From positions 2,464,302 to 2,528,301 of the forward strand of contig OY730414.1 in NCBI GenBank assembly GCA_963422615.1: 64,000 bases of DNA, written 5' to 3'. The stretch is from Longimicrobiales bacterium (lineage in GTDB: Bacteria; Gemmatimonadota; Gemmatimonadetes; Longimicrobiales; Gaopeijiaceae). Shown piece after piece: positions 19,021-29,047 of this stretch. A model generated the notes under the pieces. The model worked only from the letters and a program-made list of their open reading frames with translations. It did no database searches and had not been told where the DNA came from. Within the stretch, counting starts at the first letter, position 1; every line of letters begins with the position of its first letter. The translations under genes and the position numbers were made by a program.

Positions 19021-19842
19021 TCAATCCGGTGTCCGTTCCGGGGAGGGAAGTGCGTTGCTCAAGGCCGCGAAATCCCCGGGCGACAGGCACTCGGGCCGCA
19101 GGGAAGGGGACAGCGATAGCGCGGCAAGCGCCACCGTCACGGCGTCGCGCGAGTGCCTCAAGTGGGGGTGTTTTCTGAGAATCGTCCCCAGCTGCTTCCG
19201 GCGCCACGAGAACGCGGCCCGGGTGAGTATGCGAATCCGGGCGACCGACTCCGCCGCGACCCTAGGCGGGGAATAGGGTGTAAACCGCATCACCACCGAG
19301 TCCACGCCAGGAACGGGTCGGAAGGCTGATCGGGGAACCTTGAAGAGGCGGGACGCACCGGCGTGGAGGCCCACCCCGACGGAGAGGGCGCCGTAGGTAC
19401 GGCTGCCCGGGCTCGCCAAGATCCGTGCGGCGACCTCGGCCTGCACCGTAAGCACGATGTCTGCCGGGCTGGGCGGCTCCAGCAACCGGAAGACGATGGG
19501 AGTGGTGATGTTGTAGGGGATGTTTCCCACCACCCTTGTGCGCCCCCAGTCCCTGGTTAGGGAGGAGAGGTCCTGGGACAGGATGTCCCCCCGGACGATC
19601 TTTACCCGGGCGTCCCCGGCGTATCGGGACGACAGCGCCGCTGCCAGGTCATCATCCAGCTCGACCGCGGTCAGCGCTACGCCCCTGCGAACCAAGGGTT
19701 CCGTCAGGGCGCCCCTTCCTGGCCCGATCTCCAGCACCGGCTCCCCCGCACTCGCTTCGACCGCCGCAACGATTTTCCTTTGCAGATTGGGGTCGACCAG
19801 AAAATTCTGGCCCAGGGAGCGCTTCGCCCGCTTCCGCGTCAC
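19021..19842 (-). CDS. rsmA: 16S rRNA adenine dimethyltransferase
   Basis: KRSLGQNFLVD, LEIGPGRG, GNIPYNIT, FRPVPGVDS. Confidence 0.97.
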   Translation of the reverse strand: MTRKRAKRSLGQNFLVDPNLQRKIVAAVEASAGEPVLEIGPGRGALTEPLVRRGVALTAVELDDDLAAALSSRYAGDARVKIVRGDILSQDLSSLTRDWGRTRVVGNIPYNITTPIVFRLLEPPSPADIVLTVQAEVAARILASPGSRTYGALSVGVGLHAGASRLFKVPRSAFRPVPGVDSVVMRFTPYSPPRVAAESVARIRILTRAAFSWRRKQLGTILRKHPHLRHSRDAVTVALAALSLSPSLRPECLSPGDFAALSNALPSPERTPD

Positions 19843-20003
19843 CGTCCCGGACCCTCAGGTTGCCCGAAGGATCCCGGCGGCGCGGTTGTCGGAGGGCCTG
19901 TGCTCCGCCTTCGGGCCTCCGAAATCATGACGTTTCATGAGCAAGCGAGGATCCGGATCCGAAAGCCCCCCCCCCGAGGTCGAAGCCGGTTCCGGGGCGT
20001 CGA

Positions 20004-20954
20004 TCACGCTTCCCCGCCTCCGTCGCCGCTGGCGGCGCATCTGTCGCCAGCCATCAGCGCGGTAATCGCCGCCATATGGACGATGTCTGCCACGGACGCG
20101 CCCCTGGAAAGGTCGTTGAGGGGCCAGTTCAATCCATGAAGGATGGGACCCAGGGCCCGGGCCCCTGAAAGCCGCTGTACGAGCTTGTAGGCGATGTTCG
20201 CTGCGTCCAGGCTGGGGAAAACAAGAACGTTGGCCTTCCCGGCGACTTTCGATTCCGGTGCCTTGAACCGGGCCACGTCCGGGAACAGGGCCGCGTCGGC
20301 CTGTAGTTCACCCTCTCCGGCAACCTCCGGACACATTCTCCGAAATCGCCGAACGCCTTCCCTGACCCGGGTGACCGACCGTCCCTGGGCACTCCCCAGG
20401 GTCGAGTAGGAGAGGAAGGCCACCTTTGCCTCGTCGCCAACGACGAGCCGCCGGATGCGCACCGCTTCTGCGGCCGAGCTCGCCAACTGGGCGGGCCCCG
20501 GGTCGGGGACCACGCCTGCATCGGTGAAGGTCAGGACCTCCCTGCCCCGCCCCCGGAAGTCCCGGACCTCCATGAGGAAAGACGACGAGAGGGTTCGCGC
20601 GCCCGGCCGCAACCCCACCCTTCTCAACCCGACCCGAACGACTTCCCCCGTCGTATGAACGGCGCCCGCGACGACCCCGTCAAACAAGCCACCGACGAGC
20701 ATGGCGGCGGCGTGGTTCAGCGGGCCGGTCCTGCAATCCACAACCCCGACCTCGCCCTCGGCCTCAAAAAGGGACAGGAGGGGAGCCGCTTCCTCCGGTT
20801 CGCCCACGAGCACCGGCTTGACGATGGATCGCCGGGCCAGAAGGACCGCGGCCTCGACGACCCGAGGATCGCCCGCTTCGGGGAAGGCGATTTTGCATCC
20901 GAGGCGCCGGGCCCGGGCCTCCAGTCGCTCGGTAAAAGTGGAACGGTTGACCAT
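20004..20954 (-). CDS. pta: Phosphate acetyl/butyryltransferase
   Basis: IAFPEAGDPRV, LSYSTLGS, GELQADAA, VFPSLDAANIAYK, NDLSRG. Confidence 0.9.
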   Translation of the reverse strand: MVNRSTFTERLEARARRLGCKIAFPEAGDPRVVEAAVLLARRSIVKPVLVGEPEEAAPLLSLFEAEGEVGVVDCRTGPLNHAAAMLVGGLFDGVVAGAVHTTGEVVRVGLRRVGLRPGARTLSSSFLMEVRDFRGRGREVLTFTDAGVVPDPGPAQLASSAAEAVRIRRLVVGDEAKVAFLSYSTLGSAQGRSVTRVREGVRRFRRMCPEVAGEGELQADAALFPDVARFKAPESKVAGKANVLVFPSLDAANIAYKLVQRLSGARALGPILHGLNWPLNDLSRGASVADIVHMAAITALMAGDRCAASGDGGGEA

Positions 20955-20962
20955 GGTCAACC
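20945..20962. promoter_or_regulatory. Perfect 18-bp palindrome over the pta start (FNR-box-like)
   Basis: GGTTGACCATGGTCAACC, containing TTGAC-N4-GTCAA. Confidence 0.4.
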
Positions 20963-21036
20963 CTCTCCGCCAGGGAAGACTCCGGCAACGCGGGCCACGT
21001 CCATCAACGTTGGCAAAACCAATGCCCGATGCGGCC

Positions 21037-21558
21037 TCACCCGGCTCCGCTGCTGGAAAATCGGTGGCGAAGTCGCTTCAGAACCGGCGGCGAAACGAAA
21101 CGGCTCACGTCACCGCCCAGGGAAGCGACCTCCCGAACCAGAGAAGCGGAGAGAAACGAGTGCGCCACATCGGGGGTGAGAAACAGGGTCTCCACCCCGC
21201 CGGAAAGCTCCCGGTTCATCTGGGCCATCTGGAACTCGTACTCAAAGTCGGAAACCGCCCTCAATCCACGAATAATGAAACGGGCTCCCACGCTCCTTGC
21301 GAACTCCACGAGCAACCCGGAGAAGGAGACGCACTCCACTTCGGGGTGGCCGGCGAAAACCTCCTTCATCATCGCCAAGCGCTCCGGGAGCGGAAAGAGG
21401 TGTCTTTTCGTTTGGCTGGACGATTCCGCAACGCTCAGGAACAAGCGATCGCAGAAGCGAAGGGTGCGGCGGGCCACATCCTCGTGGCCTACGGTCACGG
21501 GATCAAAGGAGCCGGGATACACCGCGACGATGGGACGAAGATTCTTCAACGGCGTCAA
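21037..21558 (-). CDS. coaD: Pantetheine-phosphate adenylyltransferase
   Basis: AVYPGSFDPVTVGH, IRGLRAVSDFEYE; TTG overlaps the rsmD stop. Confidence 0.96.
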   Translation of the reverse strand: MTPLKNLRPIVAVYPGSFDPVTVGHEDVARRTLRFCDRLFLSVAESSSQTKRHLFPLPERLAMMKEVFAGHPEVECVSFSGLLVEFARSVGARFIIRGLRAVSDFEYEFQMAQMNRELSGGVETLFLTPDVAHSFLSASLVREVASLGGDVSRFVSPPVLKRLRHRFSSSGAG

Positions 21559-22091
21559 TCCACGTACGCCGCGGTTACAACGGTGAGGACGGTGTCCCCA
21601 TATCTCCTCTGGCGGGCTCCCATATTCCGGGGCGGCAACTCCCCTTTCCGGTGTTCGATCCACAACTCCCGTGCGAAGGCGTTCCGTCGGTAGCAAGACA
21701 GCAGTCCGTGGACAAATCCATGGTCGTAGGGCGGATCGGCGAAGGCAAGGTCGTACCGAAGGGACCCCAGTCTCCGAATGTGGGTCAGGGCATCCCCGTT
21801 CACGACCGTTGTCGCGGCTCCGTCAACGCCCAGCAAGCCAATGTTCCGCTCCAGAACCCGGATCGTCTTCCGGCTCTTTTCCACGAACGTGACGTGGGCC
21901 GCGCCCCGGCTCAGGGCCTCCAGCCCCATGGCCCCGGAACCCGCAAAGAGGTCAACAACCGAGGCTTCCGGAATCCGGGAGGAGAGAATCGACATCCACG
22001 CTTCCCGCACTCGATCCGCCGTCGGGCGAACCCCTCCGCCCGGGACCGGAGCCAACCTCCGACCCCGCCACTTTCCGCTGATGATTCGCAT
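21555..22091 (-). CDS. rsmD: 16S rRNA m2G966 methyltransferase
   Basis: MRIISGKWRGR, RPTADRVRE, DLFAGSG, DPPY. Confidence 0.96.
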   Translation of the reverse strand: MRIISGKWRGRRLAPVPGGGVRPTADRVREAWMSILSSRIPEASVVDLFAGSGAMGLEALSRGAAHVTFVEKSRKTIRVLERNIGLLGVDGAATTVVNGDALTHIRRLGSLRYDLAFADPPYDHGFVHGLLSCYRRNAFARELWIEHRKGELPPRNMGARQRRYGDTVLTVVTAAYVD

Positions 22092-22108
22092 GAAATCGCC
22101 TTCCGGGA

Positions 22109-23881
22109 CTATCCGGCTCGGGCGTCACTGGGCCGGATGTCCAGGGCTTTCGCCTGGACCCTCGGGTGTCCCTTGTAGGTATCGTCGATCAGGCTGAACG
22201 CGACATCCACGGGACCCGTCCCCAAGCGTTCCGCAGAGACTCGCTCCCCCAGACCGAAACCGATGGCCCGAAGGCGAGCCGAGTCCTGGACCATTTGGAA
22301 CTTGAGGTGCCCCCTCCCGGTCAAGGTGGCGGGCCGATCCAGGCGAACCTTCCGGACCACAAAGACCGGATCCGGGTTCCCTCGACCGAAGGGTCCCAAG
22401 TAACGGAGGTAGCGGCAGAAATCGCCGGGAATTTCGTCCAGTCCGATCTCCATGTCGGCGTCCAGGACCGGCCGCGGTTCGTCCTTACCCAGGCGCTCCC
22501 GCGCAACCGCCAGAAACGCCTTCCGGAAGGCGGGCAACCGGCGGCGACGGATGTCGAAGCCCGCCGCCTGAGGGTGGCCACCAAACCGGTCCAGGTACTC
22601 CCTGCAGGACACAAGGGCGTCGTACAGGTCGAAGGACGGGATAGAGCGCGCACTTCCTCGGCCCCCATCCCCCTGGAGCGACACCACGATCACAGGGCGA
22701 AAAACCCGCTCAACCAGCCGGGAGGCAACGATACCGATGACCCCGGGGTGCCATCCGTCTCCCGCAACCACGACGGCTCGATCCCGGGCGGCATCATAGT
22801 CCGCCGCCAGCTCTACCATCGCGTCGCTCAGGATCTGGCGGTCCAGATTGCGCCGCTTCCGGTTGTCCCGGTTCAGAGCATCCACAAGGGCTTCCGCTTC
22901 CGTCGGGTCCTCGGTCAGAAGCAGGCGCAGGGCCGTGTCGGTTTCGCCCACCCGCCCGGCTGCGTTGATCTTCGGCGCGACCCCGAAGGCCACCCGCGCC
23001 GAATCGAGGGATTCCCCGTCGCGGGCGAGCCCCGCCTTCGCCAAGAGGGTTCTGAGCCCCGGCCGGGAGGTCTGCTCGGCGGCTCGTAGCCCGTAGCGGG
23101 CGAGGACCCGGTTCTCACCGGAAAGAGCCACCTGGTCCGCAATTGTGGCGAGGGCCACCAAGTCCAGATGGGACCAGATCTCGTCCCCGGGCCGACCGAG
23201 GGCCTCTGCGGTGAGCTGCCCCACCTTGAAGGCCACTCCGGCACCACAAAGGTCCTTGTTCGGGTAGGGGCACCCGGGGCGGTTGGGGTTCACCACGGCA
23301 AAAGCGGGGGGAAGGACGGGATCCGGCGTATGATGATCGGTCACGATGACGTCCATCCCCGCATTCGAGGCCCGCCTTACCCACGCGTGGGCCTTGATCC
23401 CGGAGTCCACGGTCACAAGCACCGCAGCGCCAAGGCGGGAGGCCCGGTCGACGCCCGCCTTCGAAAGGTCGTAGCCGTCTCGGAAGCGGTGAGGCACAAA
23501 CGCCTCTGCGCGTCCTCCCAGGGCCCGGATCCACTGGGTGAGCAGGGCCGCCCCGGCAATCCCGTCCACATCGTAGTCGCCGTGGACGAGAACCAGCTCC
23601 CCGTCGTTGATGGCCCGGACCAGCCTCGTGGCCGCTGCGTCCGCGTCCAGGAGAAGCGGCGGGTCGTGGAGGCCGGTCGGCAGCGGGCGCAGGAACGACT
23701 TGGCGGCGGAAGGCGTCCGATGCCCCCTCGCGACCAGAAGCCTACAGAGCGCACGAGGTAGCTTCAGGCTCCCTTGCAGGGAACGGACCGCATCAAGGCG
23801 AGGGGGCGACCTGAGCTTCCAGAAAGCACCGGAGGCACGCGGACGACCGGGCTGCGGACCTCCCGGACCTCCCGGACTCAC
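22109..23881 (-). CDS. recJ: ssDNA exonuclease RecJ
   Basis: GDYDVDG, TDHH, PKINAAGR, GSARS, FGGHPQAAG, PFGRGNP. Confidence 0.97.
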   Translation of the reverse strand: MSPGGPGGPQPGRPRASGAFWKLRSPPRLDAVRSLQGSLKLPRALCRLLVARGHRTPSAAKSFLRPLPTGLHDPPLLLDADAAATRLVRAINDGELVLVHGDYDVDGIAGAALLTQWIRALGGRAEAFVPHRFRDGYDLSKAGVDRASRLGAAVLVTVDSGIKAHAWVRRASNAGMDVIVTDHHTPDPVLPPAFAVVNPNRPGCPYPNKDLCGAGVAFKVGQLTAEALGRPGDEIWSHLDLVALATIADQVALSGENRVLARYGLRAAEQTSRPGLRTLLAKAGLARDGESLDSARVAFGVAPKINAAGRVGETDTALRLLLTEDPTEAEALVDALNRDNRKRRNLDRQILSDAMVELAADYDAARDRAVVVAGDGWHPGVIGIVASRLVERVFRPVIVVSLQGDGGRGSARSIPSFDLYDALVSCREYLDRFGGHPQAAGFDIRRRRLPAFRKAFLAVARERLGKDEPRPVLDADMEIGLDEIPGDFCRYLRYLGPFGRGNPDPVFVVRKVRLDRPATLTGRGHLKFQMVQDSARLRAIGFGLGERVSAERLGTGPVDVAFSLIDDTYKGHPRVQAKALDIRPSDARAG

Positions 23882-23989
23882 CTCAACAACCTCCGGCTAA
23901 CCTGACACCCCCAGCCCAAGTGGAGGAGCAGTTTGCTCCGGCAAGGCGACCCTCTCCGACAATCCCGCCGTCCCAAGCGGGCGCGGGAT

Positions 23990-24781
23990 TCACTCTCCTT
24001 CGGATTCTGCCGAAGGGGTTTCGGCTTCCCCGGGAATCTCGGCTACCGCGTCGTCCTCAACGGAGGCCAAGGGAGCGGTTATGATGACGCCGCATGCTTC
24101 GCACAAAACCAAGGGACAAGAGGTACGAATCTCGTTCTGGATCTGGAGGGGAATTATGGAAAAGCACGCACCGCAAGCACCGTCCTCGGTCATCGATGCC
24201 ACGGCCACCCTGCGCCCGCTCCGGATGAGGTTATCGTACACCCGGCGATACCGGGGGTTGATCTCAGTGGCGAGGTGGCCCCGCTGCAGCTCCAGAGACG
24301 CCAACTCCGCCCGGCCGTTCTCCTGCTCTGCCAATAGCTCCTTCTTCCGCCGCTCAAAGACGGAGCGAGCCTCATCCAGGTTCTCCAGCTGGTCGGCTAG
24401 GCGTTCCTCGAGCTTTCGGATTTGGTCGAGATGGCTGATCACCTCTCGCTCTTCCGAGTCGAGGGCTCGACGCAGCATTCCCAACTCCGTCTGCACCGCC
24501 GCTTCTTCCCGGACAGTCCTGACCAAGTTGAGACGGTCTTCCAGCCGGTGTACACGAGCTCGCTTCTCTTCGGCGGCCCGGCGGAGGCGGCTCTCCTCCC
24601 CGTGCAGCTCCTGTGTTCTGAGGGACGTGGCTTCGGCCTCCTTGGTCAACCGAAGAACCGAGCCTTCGGCCTTTTCCAGCACGGGACCGAACGAATCGAC
24701 CCTTCTCCGGACGTCCTGAATCCCCTGATCAGTGGTCTGAAGCTCCAACAAACGGATGGAGACGGAGGTCTCGTCCGTCAC
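23990..24781 (-). CDS. Coiled-coil protein with C4 zinc ribbon (DUF164/CT398-like)
   Basis: LLELQTTD, long coiled coil, CGAC...CEACG; GTG overlaps the dnaG stop. Confidence 0.88.
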   Translation of the reverse strand: MTDETSVSIRLLELQTTDQGIQDVRRRVDSFGPVLEKAEGSVLRLTKEAEATSLRTQELHGEESRLRRAAEEKRARVHRLEDRLNLVRTVREEAAVQTELGMLRRALDSEEREVISHLDQIRKLEERLADQLENLDEARSVFERRKKELLAEQENGRAELASLELQRGHLATEINPRYRRVYDNLIRSGRRVAVASMTEDGACGACFSIIPLQIQNEIRTSCPLVLCEACGVIITAPLASVEDDAVAEIPGEAETPSAESEGE

Positions 24782-26598
24782 GGCGCGCGTTCCCCCTGCC
24801 CTCTCAAGGCCTGGCGGGCGGAATGATGCCAGGCAGAATGGCGCCAATCAACGCCCAGGTCCCGTTTCTCCTTGATCAACTTTTCCTTCTCCATGGCAAG
24901 CTTGCTTTTCTCCGCTTCCTCTTCGGTGTTCCCGATCTCCCGGTCAATCACCCCGAGACGACGGTCGATCCGTGCAGCCTGGATCCTCGAAATCGTATCC
25001 TCGAAAATCTGGCTCGAAGGGGCGGTCTCTTCGGGGTCGGCCATGAGTCGCTCGAAGCGCCGAACCGCCGCCGTCTCCGTCCCCTCCGGCGGAACCGTCA
25101 GCTCCGGATCGGCGATCAGCATTTCGAAGATGGCACGATTGATCCCATCCTCCAAGTCCGATGGACTGATGCGCTCAGACGCCCTGTCGACCCACTTCCG
25201 GTTTCGGACCAGGAGAAGCAACAAGGTTCTTTCGGGACCCCTCCCGTGGATTCGGGGGGTGAGCCGCTCCGCGGGGACGGAAGGCTTCCTTACCGAGATT
25301 CGGGTTTCTTCGGGCCGCTTCAGCTCCGCCGCCAAGGTTTCAGGGCGGACCCCGGTTCTCTCCGACACCCGCGCCAGATATAGATCCCGAAGCTTGGTGT
25401 CCCGGGGCGCACGGAGGGTTGGGAGCAGACGATCCAGAGCCCTCCTGGTCTTTTCTATGGACGAGAAGTACTCCCGTTCCTCCAGAATTCCAATCTTGCG
25501 GTCCAGGACATCCACGGCTCTGCGCATGTAGCCCCGAATGGCGTCCGCGCCCCCGGAGCGGGCGACGGAATCCGGATCCTCTCCGTCGGGAAGGGTAACC
25601 ACGGTGGGATGGACCCCCCGGCTGAGGAGGAGGTCGGCGGCCCGAAAAGTCGCTCTGAGTCCCGCTGGGTCACTGTCGAAGAGGAGACATGCCTGGGTCG
25701 TGTAGCGTTCCAGCAGCTCTGCCTGCGTCTCGGTCAGGGCCGTACCCAAGGGGGCAACGGCGTTCCGAATGTCCACGGCGGCCAGGGAAACCACATCCAT
25801 GAACCCCTCGACCAACAGAGCGCACCCTTCCCGCCGGATATCGTTCTTGGCTCGACCGAGCCCGTACAGCACCTCGCCCTTTCGGAAGATGGGATGATCC
25901 GGAGAGTTGATGTACTTGGGGGCCCCTTTCCGGGGTTGCCCCAGGATTCTGCCGCCGAAGGCGAGAACCCGACCCGAGACCGACTCGATGGGAAAGATGA
26001 TCCTGCCCCGGAAAGCGTCGTAGGACTTGTCGCGATTCCGGCTCTTCTTGAGAAGACCGAGCTCCGTGAGAATTCCCTCTTCAATGCCGTGAACCGAAGC
26101 GGCCTCCCGGAAGGCTTCCCACTCCTTGGGCGCATATCCCAGGCCGAATTGTTCTCCGCAGCTCCGATCGATGCCCCGTTTTTCCAGATACTCCCTGGCG
26201 CCACTGCCTCCTCGCCCCTCCCAGAGACGTTCCTGGAAGAAGGCGCTCGCGTACGACGAAGCTTCGTAGTAGGTGCGCCAGGGGTCGTCGCCCCCTCTCC
26301 CCTTCCTCACCTCCCGCACCTCCACCCCGCTCCTGGCTCCCACGAACTTGACCGCGTCGGTGAAGCTCATGCCCTGGTGCTTCATGAGGAAGGAGAAGAC
26401 GTCTCCCGATTCGCCGGAAGAAAAATCGTGAAAGAACCCCTTGGCCGGTACGACGTAGAACGAAGGTGTCCGCTCCGGCTTGAAGGGGCTCAGGCCCTTG
26501 TAGTCCTTGCCCGCCTTTTTGAGCGGAACGAAGGCACCAATGACGCCGACGATGTCGGCCCGAGAACGGACCTCTTCAACGACCTCGTCGGGAATCAT
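24778..26598 (-). CDS. dnaG: DNA primase
   Basis: MIPDEVVEEVR, FRGRIIFPI, KYINSP, VEGFMDV, FDSDPAG, EDPD. Confidence 0.97.
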   Translation of the reverse strand: MIPDEVVEEVRSRADIVGVIGAFVPLKKAGKDYKGLSPFKPERTPSFYVVPAKGFFHDFSSGESGDVFSFLMKHQGMSFTDAVKFVGARSGVEVREVRKGRGGDDPWRTYYEASSYASAFFQERLWEGRGGSGAREYLEKRGIDRSCGEQFGLGYAPKEWEAFREAASVHGIEEGILTELGLLKKSRNRDKSYDAFRGRIIFPIESVSGRVLAFGGRILGQPRKGAPKYINSPDHPIFRKGEVLYGLGRAKNDIRREGCALLVEGFMDVVSLAAVDIRNAVAPLGTALTETQAELLERYTTQACLLFDSDPAGLRATFRAADLLLSRGVHPTVVTLPDGEDPDSVARSGGADAIRGYMRRAVDVLDRKIGILEEREYFSSIEKTRRALDRLLPTLRAPRDTKLRDLYLARVSERTGVRPETLAAELKRPEETRISVRKPSVPAERLTPRIHGRGPERTLLLLLVRNRKWVDRASERISPSDLEDGINRAIFEMLIADPELTVPPEGTETAAVRRFERLMADPEETAPSSQIFEDTISRIQAARIDRRLGVIDREIGNTEEEAEKSKLAMEKEKLIKEKRDLGVDWRHSAWHHSARQALRGQGERAP

Positions 26599-26599
26599 C

Positions 26600-29047
26600 T
26601 CAGCGAAGCGTCGCCACCGTGACCCCGAAGCCGCCTTCGCCCGGATTGCCGGGCCGAAAACGCTTGATTCGGGGATCCCGGCCAAGGACAAGGGCGACCC
26701 GCTCCCGAAGGACCCCGGTCCCCTTACCATGAATCACGCGCAGCGCCGGCAGGTCGGCGACCACCCCGGCGTCCACGGCCCGCACCAGAGACGCCTCGGC
26801 TTCGTCGGCCCGCTGCCCCCGCAGGTCCAGCTCGGTCGTTGCCGGGGTCAAGTCGAGATGGGACAAGCCGGCCGGGGACGAGGGGCCAAGGGCGGCAACC
26901 CCTAAGGCATCGCTCCGGGATTTCGGGCCCGTTGGAGGGTCGGGCAAGACGGAGGCTTCACCACCTGACCGCTCTGCGACCGCGAGACGCTTCCGGGGAA
27001 GCGTCACCCGAACCCCGCCAATCTCGACAAGGGCTCGCTCCCCCTCCAGGGACGCCAAGATCCCTCGAGCATCCGACCCCTTCATCCGAACGTCCGATCC
27101 CGGGACCAACCGCTTCCTCGCGCCGGAAGCGGAACCCATTCGCCCAGGTGCCTCGGGCGAAAGCGGACCTTCCAGCTCTCGAGCCGCATTCTCCACGGTC
27201 CGTCGAGCCGTACGGGCCGCCTTCACCAGGGACTCCCCGGCTTCGGCCCGAGCCTGGAAGCGAACGATGGCAGCGTCCACTTCCCTGCGGGCATCCAGGA
27301 GCATCCGGCGAGTTTCCGCCCGGGCTGCCCTGGCGTGCGCCTGCTCCGCCCGGCGAAGTCTGTCCTCCCGCTCCTCCAGCTCCGAACGCAGGGTCGCGGT
27401 ATACACCCGTTCCCGGTCCAGATTGGCCAACAGGCGCGAAACCTTCCCCTCCTTTTCTTCCAGCTTCGCCAGAAGGCCGTCCAAACGAGCCTCTGCCTGG
27501 TCCCTGTATGCGTCAGCCCGGTCCAGGACCTCTTCGGGAAATCCCAGACTTCGGGCAATCGTCAAACCATAACTCCGGCCCGGGCGCCCCTGGGTGAAGC
27601 GGTAGGTGGGGGCCAGCCGCTCGGAGTCGAAGCGGAGCGATGCGTTCACGATTCGATTGCCCGGCGCCGGGAGGCGCTTGAGTCCCCCCAGGTGGGACGT
27701 GACGATGGCGGTGCAGCCAACATCCGCGAGCCATTCGATCAGCGCCCGGGCCAGGGCTTCCCCCTCTCGTGGATCGGTCCCCGTGCCCAGTTCGTCAACA
27801 AGCACAAGGGAGCGCTTCCCTGCGCCCGTCACAACTTCCTTCAGGTTCTGGAGGTGAGCGGAAAAGGTGGAGAGGTTGTCGGCAATGGACTGGCCGTCGC
27901 CCACATCGGCAAAGAAGGAGTCGAAGACGGGCAATCGGGTTCCCGCGTCCACGGGGGGAATCACACCGGACTGGGCGAGCACCGCGATCAGTCCGACGGC
28001 ACCCAGGAACACCGTCTTGCCCCCGGTGTTGGGCCCGGTCACGACGACGACCCCTTCGCCCGGTTCCAGGCAGATGTCGAAAGGGACAGCATCGATCCCC
28101 GTCACCAAGAGGAGGGGGTGGCGCCCCCGACGGATATCCACCGCCCTCCCCGTCATTTCCGGAACCCTCCCGTTCCACCGCTTGGCAACCCGAGCCAGGG
28201 CGGCCCGTTTGTCCACTTCCGCCAATGCCGCGAGGGACTCCCCCAACCGATCTGCCAGGGGGCGACACCGATCCGTGAGCGCCCGCAAGATCCGTTGGAT
28301 CTCGTTCGCCTCCCCCCGCTCCAAGGCCCGCACCCGGTTCATCCTCTCAATGGCGGAAGGCGGTTCCACGTAGACGGTGGCCCCGGAGGCCGATTCGTCA
28401 TGAACGTATCCCCCCACCGCGCTCTTTCCCTCCCGACGCACAGGGATGACGTACCGCCCCTCTCGGATCGTGACCGATGCGCCCGGCACCCGGTACCTGT
28501 CGCCAACCCGGGAGAGCAGGGACTCCAGGTGCGCCACGGCTCGATTGTGGGCCCCACCAAGACGGGCTCGAATGCGGCCCAGCTCCTTGCTCCCCGTGTC
28601 CAGAACCCGGCCTTCAGGGTCCACGGTCCGCACCAGGGCCGCCTCGAGAAGGGGCTCGGACAGAAGGTGGGGGCCTAGCGCCTCCAGGGACGGAAAACGG
28701 TCGGCGGCAGCGACCTCTTCAGAGAGGGTCCGGAGGAGCCAGGTTCCCGCCGCCAAAAGCGCACCGATGCGGGACAGCTCTCCCGGGGAGAGAACCGATC
28801 CGTCCACGGCAAGGCGCGCAAGAGCGCCGGTGGGATCCGGGAGGAGGGGGAACGTCCAGTTCCTTCGCTTTTCGACAAAGCGGCCCGTTTCGTCAACAGC
28901 AGAAAGGTGATCCCGAATCGCCTGCGCATCCGTCCCGGGCGTCAGCGCCAGAATCGCGTCCCGCCCCGAGTCGGTAGACGCGAAGCCAGCGGCGTACTCC
29001 AGAACTCTTTCGAACTCGAGAACCCGAAGGGCCCGGTAGGATATCAC
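26600..29047 (-). CDS. mutS2: MutS2 with C-terminal Smr domain
   Basis: TGPNTGGKT, LSTFSAH, DELGTGTDP, LDLRG, IHGKGTG. Confidence 0.96.
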   Translation of the reverse strand: MISYRALRVLEFERVLEYAAGFASTDSGRDAILALTPGTDAQAIRDHLSAVDETGRFVEKRRNWTFPLLPDPTGALARLAVDGSVLSPGELSRIGALLAAGTWLLRTLSEEVAAADRFPSLEALGPHLLSEPLLEAALVRTVDPEGRVLDTGSKELGRIRARLGGAHNRAVAHLESLLSRVGDRYRVPGASVTIREGRYVIPVRREGKSAVGGYVHDESASGATVYVEPPSAIERMNRVRALERGEANEIQRILRALTDRCRPLADRLGESLAALAEVDKRAALARVAKRWNGRVPEMTGRAVDIRRGRHPLLLVTGIDAVPFDICLEPGEGVVVVTGPNTGGKTVFLGAVGLIAVLAQSGVIPPVDAGTRLPVFDSFFADVGDGQSIADNLSTFSAHLQNLKEVVTGAGKRSLVLVDELGTGTDPREGEALARALIEWLADVGCTAIVTSHLGGLKRLPAPGNRIVNASLRFDSERLAPTYRFTQGRPGRSYGLTIARSLGFPEEVLDRADAYRDQAEARLDGLLAKLEEKEGKVSRLLANLDRERVYTATLRSELEEREDRLRRAEQAHARAARAETRRMLLDARREVDAAIVRFQARAEAGESLVKAARTARRTVENAARELEGPLSPEAPGRMGSASGARKRLVPGSDVRMKGSDARGILASLEGERALVEIGGVRVTLPRKRLAVAERSGGEASVLPDPPTGPKSRSDALGVAALGPSSPAGLSHLDLTPATTELDLRGQRADEAEASLVRAVDAGVVADLPALRVIHGKGTGVLRERVALVLGRDPRIKRFRPGNPGEGGFGVTVATLR

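Noticed and set aside
19966..19975. Poly-C tract as a phase-variation switch
   Set aside because: Intergenic, with no evident promoter or supported ORF context.
23885..23990. ncRNA between the zinc-ribbon gene and recJ
   Set aside because: Two short hairpins only; too short for RNase P RNA and no family recognised.
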